Of a stretch of 64,000 bases of DNA, positions 57,130-64,000 are shown in pieces (within the stretch, counting starts at the first letter, position 1; every line of letters begins with the position of its first letter). The stretch comes from Thermoplasmata archaeon. Its GTDB lineage: Archaea; Thermoplasmatota; Thermoplasmata; Lutacidiplasmatales; UBA184. The position numbers and the translations under genes are program-made. The notes under the pieces are model-generated. The model searched no databases, was not told the origin of the DNA, and was given only the letters and a program-made list of their open reading frames with translations. The stretch covers positions 8,827-72,826 of the forward strand of contig JAKIWS010000005.1 in NCBI GenBank assembly GCA_022749895.1. The letters run 5' to 3'.

Positions 57130-58128
57130 GTGGGAGCCGCAGAACCCAAGAGCCCGGGTGGGTCGAGGCGAGGCCACGGAGGGGGGACTACGGACGCGGC
57201 GGTCGTGACCGAGGGGGTCACGAAGCAGTACCCGAAGAACGTCGGGCGGCCGCCGGCGCTCGACGGCGTCAGCCTCTCGATACGGCCGGGCGGCATCTAC
57301 GGCCTCATCGGACCGAACGGCGCGGGCAAGACCACGATCATCCGGATCTGTTCGACCCAGTTACTCCCCACCGCCGGGACGGTGACGATCCTTGGCCACG
57401 ACGCGATCGCCGATCCCCGGTCCGTCCGCACGCGCATCGCGGTCATCCCGCAGGAGTCCCGGCCGCTCTACTTCCTCAACGTCGACGAGCTCGTCTACCT
57501 GTACCTCAAGATGCGCGGGATGGACCGTGCGGAATCGCGGCGACGGACCAACGCGGTCCTCGAGGAACTCGGGCTCGTCGAGGAGCGTAAGCGCCTCGTG
57601 AGCCGGCTCTCGGGCGGGATGCGCCGGCGCGCGATGGTGGCGATGGTGCTCGCCTCCGACGCCGAGGTCCTGTTCCTCGACGAGCCGACGACCGGCCTCG
57701 ACCCCCTCGCGCGCCGAGAGGTGTGGGGGGCGATCCGCCGGACGATTCGGGACCATCGCACCGTGATCCTGACGACGCATTACCTCGACGAGGCCGAACA
57801 GCTGGCCTCCCGGATTGCTCTCCTCGACCGGGGGAAGGTCCTCCTCGAAGGAACGGCGGACGACCTCCGCGCCCGGGTGCGACGGCCGTACCGCGTTACC
57901 GTGGATTCGCGCGTGCCCCGCACCGAGCTCGAGCGATACGGCGACGTGACCGACGTCGACGGCGGGCACCTCGTGTTCACCCGGGAATCGGACGCGCGGG
58001 AGCTCGCGTTGAAGGCCCTCGGCGCCGGGGCGCGGGTCTCGATGGGCCCGGTAAGTCTGGAGGACGTCTTCCTCCAGGTCGTCGGTCGCCCCATCGATGA
58101 CGGAACGACGGGCGAGGAGGCGGCATGA
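57130..58128 (+). CDS. ABC-2 type exporter ATPase
   Basis: GPNGAGKTT, LSGGMRRR, LDEPTTGLD, TTHYLDEAE. Confidence 0.9.
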   Translation: MGAAEPKSPGGSRRGHGGGTTDAAVVTEGVTKQYPKNVGRPPALDGVSLSIRPGGIYGLIGPNGAGKTTIIRICSTQLLPTAGTVTILGHDAIADPRSVRTRIAVIPQESRPLYFLNVDELVYLYLKMRGMDRAESRRRTNAVLEELGLVEERKRLVSRLSGGMRRRAMVAMVLASDAEVLFLDEPTTGLDPLARREVWGAIRRTIRDHRTVILTTHYLDEAEQLASRIALLDRGKVLLEGTADDLRARVRRPYRVTVDSRVPRTELERYGDVTDVDGGHLVFTRESDARELALKALGAGARVSMGPVSLEDVFLQVVGRPIDDGTTGEEAA

Positions 58129-58904
58129 CGGAGCGTCACCGGTTGCGGTCGGTCCTCACGCTCGCCTACCTGAACGGCATCGTGCCGATGCGAACCCAAC
58201 CGCTGTTCCTCGTCAGCGTTCTGGCGTCGCCTCTCTCCTTCCTCTTCTTCGTGACGATCGCCTCCCACGGTCTCTACCTGAAGTACGCGGTCACGGGGGG
58301 CATGTTGTTCACGATGCTCTCCATCGGCACCTCGCTCCAGACCGACCTCACGCATTACCGGACCGATCTCAAGCTCCAGGACATGGTCGTGGCCTCCCCC
58401 GTGGAGGGGCCGGTCTACGTCACCGGCCTCGCCTTGTCCGAGCTCCTGTACTCGCTCCCTGGGCTCGCGGTATTCGCCGCGCTCTGGGCGACCGGCGGCC
58501 CGGCCCTGGGGGCGACCGGCACCTACGCGTGGCCGGTCAATCTCCCGAACGCGCTCACGATCGGGTTCACGCTCGTCATCGTCTGGGGGTTCGCCTCCGC
58601 TCTCGGCTTTACACTCGCCACCTACTTCGAGGACGTTCGCGAGATCTTCCTGTTCTCGTCGCTGATCTCGCTCGGCCTCACCGTATTCCCGCCGGTCTAC
58701 TACCCCCTCAGCGCTCTCCCGGCCTGGGCGCAGACGATCGCCTACTTCTCACCGACGACGTACGCCGCCCAGCTTCTCCACGCGACGACCTCCGCCGCGG
58801 CGACGCCGGTCGGGTCGCTCGCCGCCGACTGGGGGGTCCTCATCGCGTTCACCGTGGGCCTCCTGTTCCTGGCGGCGGCGAAGGCGCGATGGCGCGAGCC
58901 GTAG
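58125..58904 (+). CDS. ABC-2 type permease
   Basis: Multiple TM segments; PPVYYP..LP.W..PTTY; ATGA overlap with the ATPase. Confidence 0.85.
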   Translation: MTERHRLRSVLTLAYLNGIVPMRTQPLFLVSVLASPLSFLFFVTIASHGLYLKYAVTGGMLFTMLSIGTSLQTDLTHYRTDLKLQDMVVASPVEGPVYVTGLALSELLYSLPGLAVFAALWATGGPALGATGTYAWPVNLPNALTIGFTLVIVWGFASALGFTLATYFEDVREIFLFSSLISLGLTVFPPVYYPLSALPAWAQTIAYFSPTTYAAQLLHATTSAAATPVGSLAADWGVLIAFTVGLLFLAAAKARWREP

Positions 58905-58987
58905 CGACCGGATTCGCGTCGAATAACGCTCGGCAACTTGTCGCCGGCCACACGCTTATGTAGACGCTCGCTGGTCGAGCGGCCCGG

Positions 58988-59227
58988 ATGCTCGCGCAGG
59001 CCGATCTCCGTGCGTCGTTCACCTCGGACGAGCGGTACCAGCACTGCACGTTCTGCGGGAAGGAACTCGTCGTTCTCCCGAACGACCGGCGGGGCGGGGC
59101 CTGTTTCGACTGCCTCTCGCTCCTCGGCGGGGACCCCGCGCGGTGCCAGGAATGCGGGGCCGAGATCCCGTCCGCCCGCCGGGGCGAAGAGTGTCCCCGC
59201 TGCGGGGCGCCCGCCCCGGTCGCCTAA
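58988..59227 (+). CDS. Small zinc-ribbon protein (4x CxxC)
   Basis: CTFC, CFDC, CQEC, CPRC; TATA-like CTTATGTA ~25 nt upstream. Confidence 0.7.
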   Translation: MLAQADLRASFTSDERYQHCTFCGKELVVLPNDRRGGACFDCLSLLGGDPARCQECGAEIPSARRGEECPRCGAPAPVA

Positions 59228-59297
59228 GGTCGCCCGCGGCGGCACGACCACGCGCCGCCAAGCTTATTCAACACATCCTCTCGGAGAGCCCGGGCGT

Positions 59298-59415
59298 GCC
59301 GAGGTGGCTCAGTCCGGTACGGCGCGAGTCTGGAAAGCTCGTGGCGGAATACGCTTCGGGAGTTCAAAGACCGGGACCGGTCGCCCCGGCCCGGCGGAAA
59401 TTCTCCCCCTCGGCG
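59298..59415 (+). tRNA. tRNA-Ser(GGA) with 33-nt intron in the T loop, 59/60 (59369-59401)
   Basis: GCCGAGG/CCTCGGC acceptor, CGAGT-CT-GGA-AA-GCTCG anticodon arm, long variable arm, GGGAG-TTCAAA[intron]T-CTCCC, discriminator G. Confidence 0.88.
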
Positions 59416-59446
59416 CTCCCTCCCGCCCGCTCTGGAAGGTGAGCTC

Positions 59447-59938
59447 CTGAGCGTCGAGCCCCGGCGCGCGACGCCCGCGCTGCTGCAGATCGACGCGGTC
59501 CTGACCCGGCTTCGCGGCGCCGACGCGCTGCAAGAGGTCTGTCGATTCCTGCGCGCCGAGTTCGCCCACTACCGGTGGGTGGGGGTCTACCGCCTCAACG
59601 GCGAGGAGCTCAGCCTCGCCGCCTGGGACGGCGCTCAAGCTACCGAGCACACAAAGATACCCGTGGCGGACGGGGTCTGCGGCCGTGCGGTCCGTGAGAA
59701 CCGGACGGTGGTCGTGGATGACGTGCGCACCGCGCCCGAATACCTCGCCTGTTTCCTCGAGACCCGGGCCGAGATCGTGGTGCCCGTCCGGGCCGCCGGT
59801 TCCATCCTCGGGGAGATCGATATTGACGGCAACGAGGTCAAGGCGTTCGACGCGAGCGACGCCCGGTTCCTGGAGACCGTCGCGGCCCGGATCGCCCCCG
59901 CGCTCGGCGCGGTGGCCGCACCATCCCCGAGCGGCTGA
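59447..59938 (+). CDS. GAF-domain protein (free Met-R-sulfoxide reductase-like); probable CTG start
   Basis: WVGVY, GVCG.A, VDDV..YLAC..T.AEIVVP, GEIDID; SD GGTGA precedes CTG 59447. Confidence 0.85.
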   Translation: MSVEPRRATPALLQIDAVLTRLRGADALQEVCRFLRAEFAHYRWVGVYRLNGEELSLAAWDGAQATEHTKIPVADGVCGRAVRENRTVVVDDVRTAPEYLACFLETRAEIVVPVRAAGSILGEIDIDGNEVKAFDASDARFLETVAARIAPALGAVAAPSPSG

Positions 59939-60668
59939 GCCGGCGTCGGATCGACCGAAGGGCGTCCGCGCGAGCGCCGTCGGCGTCGAACGCCGGGAAG
60001 TTTCCGGGCCCGGGAGGCTGGCGGCGCAGGCGGCGGAGCTCGCGCGCGATCGTCGGCAACGCTCGCGTCAACTCGTCGATGATGGGGATGTCGGCGGCCC
60101 CAGCGGTCCGCGATAGCGGGTTCAAATCGATGGCGATGACGCGGACCCTCTGGCGGCGAAGCGCCTCCGCGCGGTCTCCATCCTCCAGCGGAACGACGCA
60201 CACGTCCGCGCGGGCGATGCCCCGCGCGTCGACCCGAGCGCGGTCCGACGGCAGACCGGGAAGACGGGCGGTCGGCCGAACCCCGAGGACTTTTCGGACT
60301 CCGGCGGCGCGGAGCCGCTGGGCGACCGCACGGGCCCGGGCGGGGGTGCGGTGGAAGAGGTTCACCTCGACAAAGAGCCCCGGCCACGCGACGGCGAGCT
60401 CGGCGACCTCCGGGGCGGCGAGCGCGGCGACATTGCCGTTGACGCTCAGCACGGGATGCCGAGCCCGCGCGATGTATTCGGCCGCCATCCGGGCCGCCCG
60501 CATCGCCGACCGCGAAGAGCGCTCGCCCAGAAGGTAGTCGAACGCCTCCGCGCGTCCGTGGGCGATTAGCCCCTCGGGAACGACGAGGCCGTGGCGGAGC
60601 GCGTCCGCGAGGCGAGCGCGGACCACAAGGGACGCGTAGCGTGGGTGCGACCGACTGAGGCGCGTCAT
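59838..60668 (-). CDS. pps: Phosphopantothenate synthetase (archaeal)
   Basis: HPRYASL, GLIAHGRAEAFDYLLGE, SVNGN, VPLEDGDR, IDLNPLSRT. Confidence 0.92.
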   Translation of the reverse strand: MTRLSRSHPRYASLVVRARLADALRHGLVVPEGLIAHGRAEAFDYLLGERSSRSAMRAARMAAEYIARARHPVLSVNGNVAALAAPEVAELAVAWPGLFVEVNLFHRTPARARAVAQRLRAAGVRKVLGVRPTARLPGLPSDRARVDARGIARADVCVVPLEDGDRAEALRRQRVRVIAIDLNPLSRTAGAADIPIIDELTRALPTIARELRRLRRQPPGPGNFPAFDADGARADALRSIRRRLSRSGMVRPPRRARGRSGPRRSPGTGRRSRRTP

Positions 60669-60685
60669 GGCCGGGCGGGACGGGC

Positions 60686-61426
60686 CTACTCGCCTTCCGC
60701 CGGGGTCGTGGGTTTCTCGCCGTTGGTTCGGGCGGTGGGCGCCGGAACCCCGAGCTGACCCTCCATGTGGGCCACACGCTGCTCGAGCGGGGCGAGGTAC
60801 TCCTCGATCGTCTTCGCGACCACCAATTTCAGGCTCTCCTCGAGCGCGACCAGGTCGCGGCCCAGGTCGGTCATCCGTCGTGCGTTCTCGCTGAGCAGAA
60901 GTCGCGTCTGCGTCGCCACGCGGTAGGTGTCGGCGACGTCCTTCGTGACCTGCCGCGAGCCCTGCGCGAACGCCTCGACGGAATCCGAGATCGGGCGCCA
61001 CTTCGCATCGAGGTCCTTCAGGACCTGCTCGCTCACGCGCTGAGCGACCGCGTTCGTGCCGTCCTCGATCCCCTTTCCGAGCTGCGCGCCCAGGTCCGGT
61101 CCGAGACGCTCCAACCGGCCCCGCACCTCTTCTTCGAGCGTCCGGTCCCGCTCCTCGGCGCGGGCGAGTCGGTCGTCCATCGCCTCGAGTCGCGAGACGA
61201 GGTTCGCGTAGGCGGAACCGATGAGCGTGTCGACGTGGCTCTGCTCTTGCTCGAGGGCGCGGAGGGTGAGATGGAGGACCCAGTGCTCCTTGCCCTTGGT
61301 CTCGGCAATGGGGCCCCGGTCGACCCGGTCGCGGGCCTCGCGGTTGTCAATGAGTTGCTGGAGCTCCTTCAGGACCTCGAGGCGGAGGTTCTGCGGCCCG
61401 GTCCCCGGAGCGGGCCTGCCGGCCAT
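60686..61426 (-). CDS. Hypothetical coiled-coil protein
   Basis: Helical L/E/R-rich heptads, host-like codon usage, TATA-like CTATTTAG upstream. Confidence 0.7.
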   Translation of the reverse strand: MAGRPAPGTGPQNLRLEVLKELQQLIDNREARDRVDRGPIAETKGKEHWVLHLTLRALEQEQSHVDTLIGSAYANLVSRLEAMDDRLARAEERDRTLEEEVRGRLERLGPDLGAQLGKGIEDGTNAVAQRVSEQVLKDLDAKWRPISDSVEAFAQGSRQVTKDVADTYRVATQTRLLLSENARRMTDLGRDLVALEESLKLVVAKTIEEYLAPLEQRVAHMEGQLGVPAPTARTNGEKPTTPAEGE

Positions 61427-61534
61427 CGGTTCGTAGATGATTCGCTAGGTCTAAATAGGTACGTCGCGGCGCGGAACGGGCCGGTGGCCCCGCCGGGCCG
61501 GCGGGGCGGCGAGTCCGGCGGTCCCCTGAACCTT

Positions 61535-62689
61535 CTAGGAGTCGAAGCCGGGCCCGAGCAGGTCCCGCGCCACGATGAGACGACGGATTTCGGACGTGCC
61601 GGCGCCGATCTCGAGGAGCTTGGCGTCACGAGCCAGCCGTTCGAGCGGCAGGTCGCGCATGTAGCCGTAGCCTCCGTGGATCTGGATCGCGGCGAGCGCG
61701 ACCCGGGTCGAGGCTTCCGAGGCGTAGGTCAGTGCGGACGCCGCCTCCCGCGCGTTCCGGGGATCGCGCTGCACACTGTCGAGCGCGGCGTACACGAGCA
61801 GCCGGGAACTTTCGAGGTCCGTGTACATGTTGGCGAGCTTCTCCTGGATCAGCTGGAACTCGCCGATCTTCTTTCCGAACTGTTCGCGTTCGCGGGAGTA
61901 CTTGACCGAACGTTCCAGGCATTCGTCCATGATCCCGAGAGGGATGGCGGCGAGCACGGCCCGCTCGACGTTGAGGCCGCTCATCATGACCCCGACCCCC
62001 TCGTTCTCTTTTCCCAGAAGCTGGTCGGCCGGTATCCGGCAGCCGTCGAAGGCGAGTTCGCCGGTCGGGGAACCACGCATCCCCATCTTGTCCAGGCTCT
62101 TCGCGACGGAGAAGCCGGGCGTCGAACGCTCCACGAGGAACGCCGTGATGCCGTGCGCCGCCCGGGCCGGCTCGGTCTTGGCGTAGACGATGAGGAGGTC
62201 CGCGACCGGGCCGTTGGTGATGAACTGCTTGGTGCCGGTCAAACGGTAGCCGTCGCCGTCCCGGACGGCCCGGGTCTGGAGCGAGACCGCGTCCGAGCCG
62301 GCCGAAGGTTCGGTGAGGGCGAGAGCACCGATCCGGTCGCCACTCACGAGGCCCGGGAGATAGGTCTGCTTCTGATGGTTCGTGCCGTTGCGGGCCAGAT
62401 TGTCCGCGCAGAGGTTGGCGTGCGCCCCCACCGAGAGCGCCAGGGCCGGGCTCACCCGGGCGATCTCTTCGAGGACAACGGCCTGCGCGAGGTAGCCCAC
62501 CCCCAGGCCGCCGTACTCCGTCGGGACCGTCATCCCGAGGAACCCCTGGTCGCCGAGCCGACGGAAAAGCTCCCGCGGAAAGTAGTCGTCCCGGTCCATC
62601 CGGTCCGCGAGGGGGGCGAGGTCGCGGTGCACGAACTTTCGGGCGGCCGCGCCGAGCTCTTGGATCTCCGGCGGGACGGCGAAGTCCAC
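61535..62689 (-). CDS. Acyl-CoA dehydrogenase (isovaleryl-CoA dehydrogenase-like)
   Basis: [49 protein letters not shown]. Confidence 0.92.
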   Translation of the reverse strand: MDFAVPPEIQELGAAARKFVHRDLAPLADRMDRDDYFPRELFRRLGDQGFLGMTVPTEYGGLGVGYLAQAVVLEEIARVSPALALSVGAHANLCADNLARNGTNHQKQTYLPGLVSGDRIGALALTEPSAGSDAVSLQTRAVRDGDGYRLTGTKQFITNGPVADLLIVYAKTEPARAAHGITAFLVERSTPGFSVAKSLDKMGMRGSPTGELAFDGCRIPADQLLGKENEGVGVMMSGLNVERAVLAAIPLGIMDECLERSVKYSREREQFGKKIGEFQLIQEKLANMYTDLESSRLLVYAALDSVQRDPRNAREAASALTYASEASTRVALAAIQIHGGYGYMRDLPLERLARDAKLLEIGAGTSEIRRLIVARDLLGPGFDS

Positions 62690-62755
62690 GGCGGTTGCAA
62701 AGCCCGGTTTGGATAACGGTTTGGAGGGCGGGATCCACGACGTGCCGCCCGCGGG

Positions 62756-64000
62756 CTAGGCCGGGAGTCGCAACCCCAGGTGCAATCGCCAAGGGGAGCG
62801 CCGACGAGGGTAGTCGGCTCGATAGTGCGCGCCGCGGCTTTCCGTCCGGAGCGCAGCCGCCCGGGCCACCAGGGCCGCGACGAGCGCGGCATTCGCCAGA
62901 GGCGAGGGAGCGGTACCCCCGTCGGGAGGTTCCACGTGCCGGCCCAGCGCCGCGAAATCCCGCTCGGCCCGGCCCAGGCCCCGGGCGTCGCGCACGATGC
63001 CGACATCTTCCCACAGCCGCTCCGCGATGCCACGCCCGGCGTCCGGGGCACCGCCGTCGCCCGACCCCGGTGGCCACGCAAGTTGCTCCACCCGCCGGGG
63101 GGGGTGAGGCCCACCGGGCGAGGGGTGGAGGAGCTGACGCGCCACCCGTTCCCCGAAGACAAGGCCCTCCAGGAGGGAATTGCTCGCGAGGCGGTTCGCG
63201 CCGTGGACGCCGGTCGCCGCCACCTCCCCACAGACCAGGAGTCCAGGGACGGTCGACCTCCCCTCGAGGTCGCTCGTCACGCCCCCGATCATGTAGTGGG
63301 CGACGGGCGTCACCGGGATCCGATCCCGCGACGGGTCGAGGGCGTAGCCGTCCAGCATCCGGCAGATCGTCGGGAACCGGGCGAACAGTCGGTCCCGGGG
63401 GATCGCGGTCGCATCGAGAAAGACGCACGGGTCGCCGGACCGAGCGAGCTCGGTGTGGATGGCGCGGGCCACGACGTCACGGGCCGCCAATTCGGCGTCC
63501 GGATGATAGGTCGGGAGGAATCGACGGCCGTCGCCGTCCCGGATGACGGCGCCCTCCCCCCGGATCGCCTCCGTGATCAAGAACCGGGGGGCGCCCGGGC
63601 GATAGAACGCCGTCGGGTGGAACTGGATGAATTCCATGTCACTTACGAGCGCGCCCGCTCGGGCGGCGATCGCCACGCCCTCGCCCGTGGCGATCGACGG
63701 GTTCGAACTCTCCCGGTACAGCGCCCCTGCGCCGCCCGTCGCGAGGACGACCGCCGACGCGTCGACCTCTTCGGCGCCTCCCCCCACCGCCGCGCCCAAA
63801 AGTGCGATGGGGTGGCCCCTCCGGTCGGGCGTCAGCCGACGGAGGACGGTCCGCTCGCGGATCGCGATGCCGGCGTCCAAGACACGACGCTTGAGCGTCT
63901 CCTCGATCTGGAGACCCGTCGCGTCGCCCCCGGCGTGCAGGATCCGGTCCCGGGAGTGGGCGGCCTCGCGCCCGAGGGCGACCTGGCCGTTCACGGTGTC
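62756..64000 (-). CDS. nadB: L-aspartate oxidase, 5' partial
   Basis: REAAHS..RILHAGGDATG, EFIQFHPT, ELAARDVVAR, HYMIGG, TGVHGANRLASNSLLEG. Confidence 0.92.
   Translation of the reverse strand, partial: DTVNGQVALGREAAHSRDRILHAGGDATGLQIEETLKRRVLDAGIAIRERTVLRRLTPDRRGHPIALLGAAVGGGAEEVDASAVVLATGGAGALYRESSNPSIATGEGVAIAARAGALVSDMEFIQFHPTAFYRPGAPRFLITEAIRGEGAVIRDGDGRRFLPTYHPDAELAARDVVARAIHTELARSGDPCVFLDATAIPRDRLFARFPTICRMLDGYALDPSRDRIPVTPVAHYMIGGVTSDLEGRSTVPGLLVCGEVAATGVHGANRLASNSLLEGLVFGERVARQLLHPSPGGPHPPRRVEQLAWPPGSGDGGAPDAGRGIAERLWEDVGIVRDARGLGRAERDFAALGRHVEPPDGGTAPSPLANAALVAALVARAAALRTESRGAHYRADYPRRRSPWRLHLGLRLPA

Noticed and set aside
59298-59460. Integrated element at either tRNA gene
   Set aside because: No duplicated tRNA 3' end, integrase or transposase was found; flanking genes are housekeeping.
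569-62716. Many long antisense or alternate-frame ORFs (e.g. 16687..19851 -, 3892..6423 -, 30351..32966 +, 60767..62716 +, and the first half of 27219..30092 +)
   Set aside because: They are Arg/Gly/Pro-rich shadows of real genes caused by high GC3 and carry no family motifs.

Overview
High-GC archaeal chromosome segment. Csl4, SRP54, TFB, PurP, phosphopantothenate synthetase, archaeal ATP-dependent ligase, Pth2, TATA-box promoters and BHB-type tRNA introns show it is archaeal; the gene set suggests Thermoplasmata, possibly a Lutacidiplasmatales-like lineage (inference). It carries housekeeping clusters (rpe-lig-PRC barrel-tRNA-Leu-METTL5-csl4-glyA; srp54-pth2; pheS-pheT-mcm-mce-eno-rps2; tfb-nuclease-purP; nadB-acyl-CoA dehydrogenase-pps). 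It also carries a peptide-scavenging set (two S53 peptidases, oppBCDF, two ~1000-aa binding proteins with pilin-like signal peptides), several large surface proteins and a ~6.5-kb ArsR/HxlR detoxification cluster. No CRISPR array, IS or prophage is visible. Most notable: (1) surface proteins sharing an ectodomain module and ending in TM-PW-C2H2 zinc finger, next to a membrane-anchored winged-helix regulator; (2) a ~209-nt highly structured intergenic RNA candidate; (3) a tRNA-Ser with a non-canonical T-loop intron that resembles a circular permutation of the tRNA-Leu intron; (4) three probable CTG-AGC start codons with SD sites; (5) an ArsM-like gene split by an in-frame TGA. All calls come from reading motifs by eye; no searches were run.
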